The notes beneath the pieces are model-generated. The model was given only the letters and a program-made list of their open reading frames with translations, did not search any database and was not told the origin of the DNA. Shown here one piece after another: positions 41,203 through 49,915 of a stretch of DNA of 64,000 bases; the first letter of the stretch is position 1, and the number at the start of each line of letters is the position of its first letter. The DNA lies in contig JBARSF010000017.1 in the NCBI GenBank assembly GCA_049644605.1, positions 7,805 to 71,804 on the forward strand, read 5' to 3'. This DNA is from Anaerolineales bacterium. Lineage in GTDB: Bacteria > Chloroflexota > Anaerolineae > Anaerolineales > UBA11858. A program made the position numbers and the translations under genes.

Positions 41203-43830
41203 TTATTCATTTTCATCCTCATTATCTTCAGAAAGTAACCTTTTTAACATTGCCTTTTCATCTTTTTTGGTGTTTATTTCTTCATCCAACCAGGCATTTC
41301 GGATTTTGGATAATATCTCTGCGTACTTTGGTCCAGGATCTAATCCAGCCTGTTTCAAATCGTCGCCTGTGACATTCGATTCTACGTGCTGCCAGGAAGA
41401 CAAATAGCGAGACAAAATTCCTTTATATTTCGCTTCTCCCGCCTCCAGATAGACAGCATAAATTGCCAGGTTTGATATCCGATCCAAGGCTGCTGTCACC
41501 TGGCTGGGCGGTTGATTGAAGAGAGCTTTTAGTTTAACCCGGAGCCTGGACGCCTCCCGAATGACCTCAGAAAGTGTGCGTATCAGCTTTAATCGTTTGT
41601 GAACTCCGCTGCTTTCAGGAGCTCTCATCAGCCAAACGGTATAGAGGATCGCCCGGTTGATTGGCAGCCCGCCACTCTGCCCTTCAATTTTCCATTCCGG
41701 AGGATGTTCTTTATCTGGCAGGGACTTAACCAAACGGGTCAGGGATTTATCCCAATCTAAATCCGGATGAATTGCCTTTAATATCGTCAGCTGTTGCAGC
41801 CTGTTCATCATTTTTACGGCATTTTCTTCATTAAAAATCCGGTCCAGTTCATGGCGTATCCTGTCGCCGGATACCCGCCTTAACATTTCCTTTGCTTCCA
41901 GTAATAACTCCTGGGTTCGCTGGTCCAGCTGAAAACCATAACGCTGCTCATATCGCACAGCCCTTAAGATGCGGGTTGGGTCATCAATAAACGACAGGGA
42001 GTGCAGCACCTTGACCAATTTTCCTTTCAGATCGGCAAGACCACCCCAATAATCATACAACTCACCATAATGGTGCCCATCCAGCCGCAGAGCCAGGGTA
42101 TTAATCGTGAAGTCTCTCCGGTGCAGATCCAGCTTGATACTGCCCCACTCCACGGTGGGCAGCGCCGTGGGGTGAGTGTAAAATTCGGTCCTGGCGCTGA
42201 TAAAGTCCAGGTTCTCGGGCAATGATTGGCGAAGTTTTTTGGTGGAACCCAAAATTGTGAGCTGATCCTTATCGATAAACCATTTTGCTGTCCCAAACCG
42301 GTTATGGCTGGTCACCCTGCCCCCATATCGTTCCTGGATTTTCACTGCCAGGGCAATCGCATCCCCTTCCACAACCAGATCAAAGTCCACACTGGGGTGA
42401 TCAAGCAGCAAATCGCGCACAAATCCACCAACAATGTAAAGAGCAGATTTTTGCTCGGCAGCGATTTCGGCTATTTTATTCAAGAGCTCCAATCTACCTT
42501 CTGGTAAGGTCGCTTCCAGGCGCGGGGCAAGATTTTGCCTACCGGGAGTCGGACGACTCGGGGCCAGAATTTTAATCATATCTGTCCGGGTAACAATCCC
42601 AACGATCTTTTTGGACCGGGAACTGACAACCGGGATTTGACCCCAGCCGGAATCAGTCATCACATCCTGGATATGCTCTATGGAGTCGGCCGGGAAAACC
42701 CGGATATTTCCGGCTTCCATTAAACTGGCGGCCGTTAGATTCAGTTCATGCACCAGCGCCTTGTCGACCGCCCGGCGGGTGAGTAAACCAACAATCTTTC
42801 CATCTTCCTCTACCGGAAACCCCTCATAGCCGAACTTCATCATCATTTCAGCTGCTTCTTTTACCGGTGTATCCGGAGAAAGAGTTAAAGGATCGCGGGA
42901 CATAATGTCCTTCGCTCGGACAGCCGGCTTAACATATTGGGGAAGGGTTTTTACCAGCTTATGATACACATCGTCGATGGATACATCATTTATAAGGGCA
43001 GCGGCAGCCCTGGGATGGCCTCCCCCAGCTTCAAAAATTGTTAATACTTCACAAACATCAATATGATCATCCATGGACCGGGCGATAACCTGCACTCCAC
43101 CTGAGGTAGTTAACAGGATGAATACTGCATCAGGATCCAGTAAATCCCTTAACTTATGAGCCACACTGGAGAGTTCTTCATCCAGGTTGGTAGCATCCGC
43201 CTGGGCAATAATCAAGTTATGACCGTGAATGATTAAGCTTTCCGAACAAGCCCTCAAATCTTCATATATTTTCTGCTGAGCCAGCGACAGGGGATGGTTG
43301 ATATAATCCGAGACAATCGACAGGCTGGCACCTCTCTCAACCAGGATACCGGCCGCAAAGATATCCTCAGCTGTGGTCCGGGTATAGGTTAAGGAACCAG
43401 TATCTTCATAAATACCCAACAGCAGCAAGGTGGCCTGGATGGGTGTCAGAAGAATGTCCATCTCCTGGATCGCCTGGACAAAGATGGTTGCTGTGGCTCC
43501 GGTTTCCCGGATGATCTTTTCCCAATTCTCCGGCACATCTACTCGCAGCGGATGATGATCAATGACCTTAACTTTCGGATTCGATACCATGCCTTTGATG
43601 CTGGTCATGGATTGGGTATCTACCAGGCAAACCGACTCAATGGGATCTCCGGTTAAATCCCTGGGATCCAGGAACGGCAGCTCCACCCCGTAGAGCATTA
43701 AGAAAGCTTCTACATTCCTGTTCAACTGGCGGGGTAAAACCGGGATGAGGTTTTTATCGAGCAGGTAGGCTCCCAACAGGGACGCCAGTCCGTCAAAATC
43801 TGTCCGTTCGTGGGTTAGGATGATATCCAT
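41203..43830 (-). CDS. Multidomain DHH-DHHA1 / tandem CBS / poly(A) polymerase-CCA-adding nucleotidyltransferase
   Basis: N-terminal HERTDFDGLAS ... DHH and GGGH. Middle part has two CBS-like repeats. C-terminal part has LYIVGGFVRDLLL ... DFDLVV ... RRDFTINTLA (PolyA_pol head). Confidence 0.85.
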   Translation of the reverse strand: MDIILTHERTDFDGLASLLGAYLLDKNLIPVLPRQLNRNVEAFLMLYGVELPFLDPRDLTGDPIESVCLVDTQSMTSIKGMVSNPKVKVIDHHPLRVDVPENWEKIIRETGATATIFVQAIQEMDILLTPIQATLLLLGIYEDTGSLTYTRTTAEDIFAAGILVERGASLSIVSDYINHPLSLAQQKIYEDLRACSESLIIHGHNLIIAQADATNLDEELSSVAHKLRDLLDPDAVFILLTTSGGVQVIARSMDDHIDVCEVLTIFEAGGGHPRAAAALINDVSIDDVYHKLVKTLPQYVKPAVRAKDIMSRDPLTLSPDTPVKEAAEMMMKFGYEGFPVEEDGKIVGLLTRRAVDKALVHELNLTAASLMEAGNIRVFPADSIEHIQDVMTDSGWGQIPVVSSRSKKIVGIVTRTDMIKILAPSRPTPGRQNLAPRLEATLPEGRLELLNKIAEIAAEQKSALYIVGGFVRDLLLDHPSVDFDLVVEGDAIALAVKIQERYGGRVTSHNRFGTAKWFIDKDQLTILGSTKKLRQSLPENLDFISARTEFYTHPTALPTVEWGSIKLDLHRRDFTINTLALRLDGHHYGELYDYWGGLADLKGKLVKVLHSLSFIDDPTRILRAVRYEQRYGFQLDQRTQELLLEAKEMLRRVSGDRIRHELDRIFNEENAVKMMNRLQQLTILKAIHPDLDWDKSLTRLVKSLPDKEHPPEWKIEGQSGGLPINRAILYTVWLMRAPESSGVHKRLKLIRTLSEVIREASRLRVKLKALFNQPPSQVTAALDRISNLAIYAVYLEAGEAKYKGILSRYLSSWQHVESNVTGDDLKQAGLDPGPKYAEILSKIRNAWLDEEINTKKDEKAMLKRLLSEDNEDENE

Positions 43831-44037
43831 AAAAGTGTCTCAGGTTGTGGAGGATAACCAAGGGTATTGTAACATCTATTGGGGGCCGAATTATCTTCAG
43901 GCGTATGGATCTTTTGAGGGCAAAGAGGGACCGGGGACGGGCCCTTCGATTGCGCGCTTCGCTTCGCAAAGCAATCCGCTCAGGACGGCACAGAAGTCGT
44001 GTGAAAAGCCCTCTCCCAGATAGTTTATAATTGAGCC

Positions 44038-44583
44038 ATGAAAACAATCACTGTCTTCGGCGGATCGTTACCAAAACCTGGATCTGCCGCGTATTTAGAT
44101 GCAATCCGGTTAGGCACTTTACTTGGAGCCGGAGGGTATACGGTCCAGACTGGCGGATATATCGGCACCATGGAAGCCATCTCCCAGGGCGCGGCAGAAG
44201 CCGGGGGACATGTTATCGGGGTTACCTGCGATGAAATTGAAAGTTGGCGGCCCGTTGCGCCCAATCGCTGGGTAAAAGAGGAAAAACGCCGTCAGACCCT
44301 CAGGGAACGCCTTTATGTCCTGATTGACAGCTGTGATGGCGCCCTGGCATTACCCGGGGGTATCGGCACCCTGGCGGAAATCGGCTTGATGTGGTCCCAG
44401 CTCCAAATTCACCCCAATCAAGCTAAACCGCTAATCATGATTGGATCCGGCTGGGAAAACACCGTAAATATCTTTTTTACTGAGTTGGGAGAATATGTGC
44501 CCCCTGCAGACCAAAACCGAATCAGGACTGCACCAGATGTTGAGTCCGCTTACAAAATACTCCAAGAAGTGCTCCCTTTATGA
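44038..44583 (+). CDS. LOG family protein (TIGR00730-like nucleotide phosphoribohydrolase)
   Basis: ITVFGGS ... GGY.GTMEA ... ALPGGIGTLAE motifs. Confidence 0.8.
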   Translation: MKTITVFGGSLPKPGSAAYLDAIRLGTLLGAGGYTVQTGGYIGTMEAISQGAAEAGGHVIGVTCDEIESWRPVAPNRWVKEEKRRQTLRERLYVLIDSCDGALALPGGIGTLAEIGLMWSQLQIHPNQAKPLIMIGSGWENTVNIFFTELGEYVPPADQNRIRTAPDVESAYKILQEVLPL

Positions 44584-45380
44584 CAGCGATTAATCCAGCC
44601 CGGTTAAAGGTCCAATCGGCCGAGTTGAGTGCCCATTTTTCTGATCCGGATACTTTCCTGCCCAAGCTGCATACCCTGCTGGATTTTTATGCTGTCCGGA
44701 TTCAGAAAACCAGCATATCCCGCCCATCGCTGACCCTGAGATCTTATCAGGTCGCTGCTCCGGTGTTGAGAGCGGTGGAACGGGAGTTAAAAGAATCTCT
44801 TAATACAAACCCCTCTCAAGGACTGCTGCTGATTGATGCCCTCTGGGAAGAGGAGTGGGTTGAGACCCAGATCCTGGCCGTCGATCTGCTGGGCGCTCTT
44901 CCGCCGATAAATACAGAATCAATATTCAAAAGACTCAGTTACTGGATCTCTTCCAGCGGGGCGGAAGTGATCCGGAATATCCTGACCACCCGGGGAGTCT
45001 CTCGCCTGAGAAGCAAAAATCCGGATTTGGTATTGGATTTTTTCCAGGATTTGCTGTTATCCCCTGGCAAAGGAAATTGCCAGGCTGTTCTATCTGGTTT
45101 GGTTCCTTTTGCAGAAGACCAAGACTTCGATAACCTTCCGATCATTTACAAGTTATTAAGCACAATTTTGCTGGTTGAAGAAAAAGGATTGATAAAGGAA
45201 ATCCTGGCGGTCCTGAAAGCCTTAATCAAACGGTCTGAACAGGAAACCTTATATTTCCTTGAACGGCAGCTCGCCACAGCCGCAAAACCAAGGATAATCC
45301 GGGCAACCCGGCAAATATTAGCGGTATTTTCAGAAAATAATCAAGCCAAGCTGAAAAAGACACTGCTAACCTACAGCTAA
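44580..45380 (+). CDS. Hypothetical helical-repeat protein (possibly DNA alkylation repair / HEAT-like)
   Basis: 266-aa ORF overlapping the LOG gene stop by 4 nt. Predicted helical and leucine-rich. The family assignment is tentative. Confidence 0.4.
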   Translation: MTAINPARLKVQSAELSAHFSDPDTFLPKLHTLLDFYAVRIQKTSISRPSLTLRSYQVAAPVLRAVERELKESLNTNPSQGLLLIDALWEEEWVETQILAVDLLGALPPINTESIFKRLSYWISSSGAEVIRNILTTRGVSRLRSKNPDLVLDFFQDLLLSPGKGNCQAVLSGLVPFAEDQDFDNLPIIYKLLSTILLVEEKGLIKEILAVLKALIKRSEQETLYFLERQLATAAKPRIIRATRQILAVFSENNQAKLKKTLLTYS

Positions 45381-45434
45381 ATTCATTCATTTTATTCTTC
45401 TTAGATTCCCAACATAATTTAATGGTTAAAATAT

Positions 45435-45465
45435 TCAACGTTAAACATTAAACGTTTAACGTTAG
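45435..45465. repeat. AACGTT-rich palindromic repeat, copy 1 (shares a 20-nt identical core with 49492-49511)
   Basis: tcAACGTTaaacattaAACGTTtAACGTTag. The core ACATTAAACGTTTAACGTTA (45445-45464) recurs exactly at 49492-49511. Confidence 0.8.
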
Positions 45466-45550
45466 TGCTGTTCATTATTTGACCTCTGGCTGGTACATAA
45501 TACAAGGACTTTAGAAATATCTAATAGTGAGTGAACCCTTAAGCTAAACC

Positions 45551-45579
45551 TTGACAATCAAAACCGCATTCCTTATACT
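45551..45579 (+). promoter_or_regulatory. Sigma-70-type promoter of the thiamine operon
   Basis: TTGACA (45551-45556), 17-nt spacer, TATACT (45574-45579), ~15-20 nt upstream of the riboswitch. Confidence 0.65.
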
Positions 45580-45594
45580 GTCCTTAAAGAATTA

Positions 45595-45687
45595 TTAGCA
45601 CGGGGAGCCGAAGTTGAGGCTGAGAGGAAAACAATCGTTTTCGACCCGCGAACCTGATCCGGTTCATACCGGCGGAGGGATGCCTAG
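45595..45687 (+). promoter_or_regulatory. TPP (THI-box) riboswitch aptamer
   Basis: ggggagcc ... ggCTGAGAgg ... gACCCgcgAACCTGATCcGGtTcATaCCgGCGgAGGGA matches the conserved THI element. It lies upstream of thiamine genes. Confidence 0.85.
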
Positions 45688-45692
45688 ACAAA

Positions 45693-45717
45693 ACTCCGCC
45701 GACTGGCGGAGTTTTTT
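45693..45717 (+). terminator. Riboswitch expression-platform terminator
   Basis: actccgcc gact ggcggagt followed by TTTTTT. The aptamer segment ggcggag (45671-45677) duplicates the 3' arm and can form the alternative antiterminator with 45693-45700. Confidence 0.8.
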
Positions 45718-45885
45718 AATACCAGGTTTATGGGCAGTAAATAATCTTAGCCAACATTTATCCAGGGCACGAAGAATAAACAAGAGGAGATTTCCCCATC
45801 CTCCTCCAGCACTCGAGCCCGTCCCCGGGCGAGGACAACTAAGTCAAATATTCCAAGACGAAGCAGCATCGACCAAGAGGACATT

Positions 45886-46539
45886 ATGAAAGCGATAATT
45901 TTTGCTAACGGCGAGTACCGCCCCACCGATAACCAAATCAACATCATCGAGGATGAACTGATCATCGCCGCGGACGGGGGCAGCGCACAATGTGCCTGGT
46001 TGGGAATCATCCCAGATATCCTGATCGGTGATCTGGATTCAACTGACCCTGACCTGATCCAGAAATGGGAAGCTGCCGGCGTAAAAGTAATCCGCTACCC
46101 GGCGGACAAGGATCAAACCGACCTGGAACTGGCGCTTTTACACGCTCAAGCGGAAGGAGCTGACAAGATCGTGGTCTATGGTGCAATTGGAGGGCGGTTG
46201 GACATGACTTTTGGAAATCTGACGTTGCTGGCTCACCCAGCCCTAAAAATATTGGTTAAACTGGTTTATGGGGAAGAAGTAGTTCGACTGCTTCGGGAAG
46301 GTGAGCTCCTCACTTTACCGGGCGCTATCGGGGATACCATTTCCCTGATCGCACTCGACTCGAGGGGCGCGTTCGTCACCACCACTGGCCTGGAGTTTCC
46401 ATTGGACAAGGAAGTTCTGGAATTTGGACTGACAAAGGGAATCAGCAATCGTTTTGTTAAGAAACAGGCCACGATCTATCTTGAGAGAGGGTTGCTGGCT
46501 GTGATTCATTCCCAGCAGGACCCACTAGAGGAAAAATAG
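45886..46539 (+). CDS. thiN: Thiamine diphosphokinase
   Basis: IIFANGEY ... IIAADGG ... IGDLDS ... DKDQTDLELAL motifs of TPK. Confidence 0.85.
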   Translation: MKAIIFANGEYRPTDNQINIIEDELIIAADGGSAQCAWLGIIPDILIGDLDSTDPDLIQKWEAAGVKVIRYPADKDQTDLELALLHAQAEGADKIVVYGAIGGRLDMTFGNLTLLAHPALKILVKLVYGEEVVRLLREGELLTLPGAIGDTISLIALDSRGAFVTTTGLEFPLDKEVLEFGLTKGISNRFVKKQATIYLERGLLAVIHSQQDPLEEK

Positions 46540-46540
46540 G

Positions 46541-47590
46541 ATGAAAAAATATCTTAACCTGGTGTTAGGTTTGTTCCTTATATATGCAGCGGCTTGTACT
46601 CCCCAACCCGGACTGGAAGAAATCCGCACTTTAACGGTGATGACCCACGACTCCTTTGCAGTCTCAGAAGGGGTGGTGGCATCCTTTGAAGAGTTGTACG
46701 GTGCCCAGGTCCAGTTCCTCGAAGTCGGGGATACAGGCACAGCGGTAAACAAAGCCGCGCTCTCCAAAGATAACCCTCTGGCTGACGTTTTTTACGGGGT
46801 GGACAATACCTTCCTGAGCCGGGCACTGGAGGAAGAGATTTTTGAACCCTATCGCTCTCCTCTGCTGGATGAGATCGACCCGGTCTTCCAGCTGGACAAA
46901 ACCTATCAAGCCCTGCCGGTGGACTTCGGGGACGTATGCCTGAATTACCAGAAATCGTATTTCACGGACCAGGGTCTGGCACCGCCAGATTCGCTGGAGG
47001 ATTTAGTAGATCCAGCCTATAAAGGGCTGCTGACAGTCCAGAATCCAGCCACCTCTTCCCCGGGTTTAGCATTTTTATTCACAACCATCGGCTATTTTGG
47101 AGAGGATAGTTACCTGGAATTCTGGCAGGCGCTGGTCGAGAACGAGGTAAACATCGTTAACGATTGGGAAACCGCCTATTATGCTGAATTCAGCCAGGCT
47201 GGCGGACCGGATCCAATTGTCGTTTCTTATGGATCCAGCCCACCTTTTGAGGTGCTGTTCGCGGAAGAACCGCTCGAAGATGCCCCAACCGCAGCGGTGA
47301 CTTCAGCGGGAAGCTGCTTCCGTCAGATTGAGTTTGTGGGTATCCTGAAAGGAACAGCCAATCGGGACCTGGCGGAAAAATGGGTAAACTTTATGCTCTC
47401 GCTTGAATTTCAGGAAGATATCCCATTAAATATGTATGTCTTCCCGGTCAATAGGAATGCGGAGCTGGAGGAAACTTTCCAGAAATTCCTGGAAATCCCG
47501 GAGATCACCGCGGAGGTCAGCCCGGAAATGATCTCTCAAAACCGGGAGAAGTGGATCAATGACTGGACTGAAGCGGTACTTCGTAAATAA
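46541..47590 (+). CDS. thiB: ABC transporter substrate-binding lipoprotein, thiamine (TbpA/ThiB)-like
   Basis: Lipobox LIYAAAC. Fe/thiamine-type SBP fold sequence (LTVMTHDSFAVS ..., NPATSSPGLAFL). Specificity is inferred from the TPP riboswitch context. Confidence 0.75.
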   Translation: MKKYLNLVLGLFLIYAAACTPQPGLEEIRTLTVMTHDSFAVSEGVVASFEELYGAQVQFLEVGDTGTAVNKAALSKDNPLADVFYGVDNTFLSRALEEEIFEPYRSPLLDEIDPVFQLDKTYQALPVDFGDVCLNYQKSYFTDQGLAPPDSLEDLVDPAYKGLLTVQNPATSSPGLAFLFTTIGYFGEDSYLEFWQALVENEVNIVNDWETAYYAEFSQAGGPDPIVVSYGSSPPFEVLFAEEPLEDAPTAAVTSAGSCFRQIEFVGILKGTANRDLAEKWVNFMLSLEFQEDIPLNMYVFPVNRNAELEETFQKFLEIPEITAEVSPEMISQNREKWINDWTEAVLRK

Positions 47591-47658
47591 ATATCTATGC
47601 CAAGGGACCTGGTTTCTTAAACTTACCTTTGTATTCATCAAATCACGTGGAGAGGATA

Positions 47659-47686
47659 AAAACGCTCCCGTCTCCGGGAGCGTTTA
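47659..47686 (+). promoter_or_regulatory. Intercistronic hairpin between the SBP and permease genes
   Basis: Perfect stem aacgctcccg / cgggagcgtt with loop tctc. It has only a weak T tract, so it is more likely an mRNA stabiliser or partial terminator. Confidence 0.45.
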
Positions 47687-47698
47687 GCAAAATATTAA

Positions 47699-49438
47699 AT
47701 GATGGAATCTCGCACACACCAGTCCCTCCGTCACACTTTCTCAAAGTCACCCAGTTTCCTGCTCTGGCTTCTCCCCCTGTTATTCCTGGGGATCTTTTAC
47801 TTTTACCCGCTGGCGGAGATCCTGGGGCTGAGCTTTTCCCGGGCGGAGGTCGGCATCCTGGCCGGTTTTGTGGAATCGGTGACCTCCCCCACCGTTCAAA
47901 AAGTCCTGGGATTTACTTTTAAACAAGCCCTTTTATCTACCCTGCTGACCCTGCTGGTGGGGCTGCCGGGTGCATACCTGTTTGGCCGGCATCAATTCAG
48001 GGGCAAAAAAGTCCTCCGGGCCCTGACCGGAGTCCCCTTTGTGATGCCCACCCTGGTGGTCGCGGCCGGGTTTTATGCCCTGGTGGGTCCCAATGGCTGG
48101 TTAAATCTCCTGTTAATGCGGGTTCTTAATCTTAATCTACCGCCAATCCGCTTTGTTAACAGCTTTGCTGCCATCCTCACCGCCCATGTTTTTTACAACA
48201 CGACCATCATTCTGCGGATTGTAGGAGACTACTGGAGCCGGTTGGATCCCCGCCTGGAGAGCGCAGCCCGGACCCTGGGCGCGAACCGGTGGAAAACCAT
48301 CCGGGAAATCACTCTGCCCCTGCTCCTGCCGGCTGTCGCAGCGGCTTCCCTGCTGGTGTTCATATTTGACTTCACTTCCTTTGGGGTGATCCTGGTGCTG
48401 GGGGGACCCCAATTTGCCACCCTGGAAGTGGAAATTTATTACCAGACCATCAGCCTGTTTAATCTGCCCCTGGCAGCCACACTTTCAGTCCTCCAGGTAG
48501 GTTTCACCTTGGTACTGACCGTGTTGTATACCCGGATCACCGCCGGCCTGAGCCGGCCGGTCAGTCTATCCTCCAGGAAAAGAACCCAGCGTCCCCTTCA
48601 GAGAGGAAAAACCAGGTTGGCCGCAGGATTATTTATCTCGCTCTTATTGGTTTTCTTAATCTCCCCCTTGGCTGCCCTGGCAGGGCATTCAATCACGCCC
48701 CTGGCCGGAAGTGGAGGGCAGGGAGAAGGGATCGGATCCATTTTTACGCTGTCTTTTTATCAGGCCCTAGCCCAAAATCCCCAGCAGTCGCTCTTTTATG
48801 TTCCCCCCACTACCGCCCTGGGTGTGTCCCTGGGGTATGGGTTGATTACGGTGGTTCTGGCTTTGGTCCTGGGGCTGCCGGCCGCCTGGGCCCTGGCAAA
48901 AAAGAATTTGACGTTTTTAGATCGGGTATTGGACCCTGTGTTAATGCTGCCGCTGGGTACCTCGGCTGTGACGCTGGGGTTGGGATTCCTGGTGGCGCTG
49001 GATCACCCTCCGTTAAACTTACGAACCTCCCCCCTGCTGGTACCCATCGCTCACACCCTGGTGGCCTTTCCGTTTGTGGTCCGCAGTTTAACCCCGGCTT
49101 TAAGCAGCATCCAACCGGAGCTGCGCCAGGCAGCATCCGTTCTGGGCGCCTCCCCGGTCAGGATCTTCAGGGAGATTGACCTGCCGCTGATTGGGCGGGC
49201 CCTGCTGGTAGCAGCCTCGTTTGCTTTCACAATCTCAATTGGTGAGTTTGGCGCCAGCTCGCTGATTGTCCGACCGGAATATCCCACCGTGCCGGTTGTG
49301 ATTTACCGGCTGCTCTCCCGACCTGGTGCTCTGAATTATGGTCAGGCCATGGCGTTAAGCACAATCCTGATGGGAGCGGTATTGGTTGGCATGTTAATAA
49401 TGGAACATTTCCGCCTGGGCGAAGTAGGAGAGTTTTAA
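47699..49438 (+). CDS. thiP: ABC transporter permease with duplicated transmembrane domain, ThiP-like
   Basis: 579 aa, about 12 TM segments, two EAA-like loops (ESAARTLGANRW, RQAASVLGASP). No ATPase gene follows. Confidence 0.78.
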   Translation: MMESRTHQSLRHTFSKSPSFLLWLLPLLFLGIFYFYPLAEILGLSFSRAEVGILAGFVESVTSPTVQKVLGFTFKQALLSTLLTLLVGLPGAYLFGRHQFRGKKVLRALTGVPFVMPTLVVAAGFYALVGPNGWLNLLLMRVLNLNLPPIRFVNSFAAILTAHVFYNTTIILRIVGDYWSRLDPRLESAARTLGANRWKTIREITLPLLLPAVAAASLLVFIFDFTSFGVILVLGGPQFATLEVEIYYQTISLFNLPLAATLSVLQVGFTLVLTVLYTRITAGLSRPVSLSSRKRTQRPLQRGKTRLAAGLFISLLLVFLISPLAALAGHSITPLAGSGGQGEGIGSIFTLSFYQALAQNPQQSLFYVPPTTALGVSLGYGLITVVLALVLGLPAAWALAKKNLTFLDRVLDPVLMLPLGTSAVTLGLGFLVALDHPPLNLRTSPLLVPIAHTLVAFPFVVRSLTPALSSIQPELRQAASVLGASPVRIFREIDLPLIGRALLVAASFAFTISIGEFGASSLIVRPEYPTVPVVIYRLLSRPGALNYGQAMALSTILMGAVLVGMLIMEHFRLGEVGEF

Positions 49439-49488
49439 TCCCGGGGCTGTTTAATGAGATTACAGTGTCTGCCAGCTTAGACAGGTCC

Positions 49489-49522
49489 TCAACATTAAAC
49501 GTTTAACGTTAACCGTTCAACG
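49489..49522. repeat. AACGTT-rich palindromic repeat, copy 2
   Basis: tcaacattaAACGTTtAACGTTaaccgttcaacg. It contains the same 20-nt core as 45445-45464. Confidence 0.8.
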
Positions 49523-49575
49523 AATTTTTCACACTAACTCAAGGGGGAGTAATTGTTTAAGTATCTTGACTGGAT

Positions 49576-49603
49576 TATGTGATGTGATAGAATATTTTTC
49601 GCT
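49576..49603 (+). promoter_or_regulatory. Promoter of tRNA-Asp
   Basis: TTGACT (49576-49581), 16-nt spacer, extended -10 TGaTAGAAT (49595-49603), ~10 nt before the tRNA 5' end. Confidence 0.65.
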
Positions 49604-49613
49604 GGGGGCGTGG

Positions 49614-49689
49614 TGTAGCGGTTAACATGCGGCCCTGTCAAGGCCGAGATCGCCGGTTCGAATCCGGTCGTCCCCGCCAGGTAAAGAGA
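49614..49689 (+). tRNA. tRNA-Asp(GUC): tRNA-Asp (anticodon GUC), CCA encoded
   Basis: Folded by hand. Acceptor GGGGGCG/CGTCCCC, D stem GTGT/ACAT, anticodon stem CGGCC/GGCCG with loop CTGTCAA, T arm GCCGG-TTCGAAT-CCGGT, discriminator G, CCA. Confidence 0.9.
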
Positions 49690-49697
49690 ACCACTCG

Positions 49698-49724
49698 AAA
49701 AGAGTGGTTCTTTTGGTTTAAGTC
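49698..49724 (+). terminator. tRNA terminator hairpin (copy 1 of 3)
   Basis: gaaccactc gaaaa gagtggttc TTTT. Near-identical copies occur at 58686-58712 and 60294-60320. Confidence 0.8.
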
Positions 49725-49810
49725 CACACTAAGGACTTTTTACAGATCATGCCGTGAGGGATATGTTACACTGTCATTGTAGGTAATAAATAAATCTGAC
49801 AAAGGGTAAT

Positions 49811-49888
49811 GATAAATACTTATCCTTCACTGAGTCAGAAAATAGCTTATTCATTTATCACGCGTTTGAAAGCTAATTAACGTTAGGC
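49811..49888 (+). other. attI-like recombination site A (two 20-22-nt direct repeats + core GTTAGGC)
   Basis: gataaatacttatccttcac (49811-49830) and gaaaatagcttattcatttatc (49838-49859), then a 22-nt spacer ending taattaac, then GTTAGGC (49882-49888). The same layout occurs at 60421-60506. Confidence 0.6.
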
Positions 49889-49915
49889 ACCGTATCAATA
49901 AAAGGAGGTTAAACG

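Noticed and set aside
43793-44264. Several 60-84-aa ORFs around the divergent region between the CCA-fusion gene and the LOG gene
   Set aside because: They overlap the starts of the flanking genes or each other, are Arg/Pro-rich and have no RBS, so they are treated as noise.
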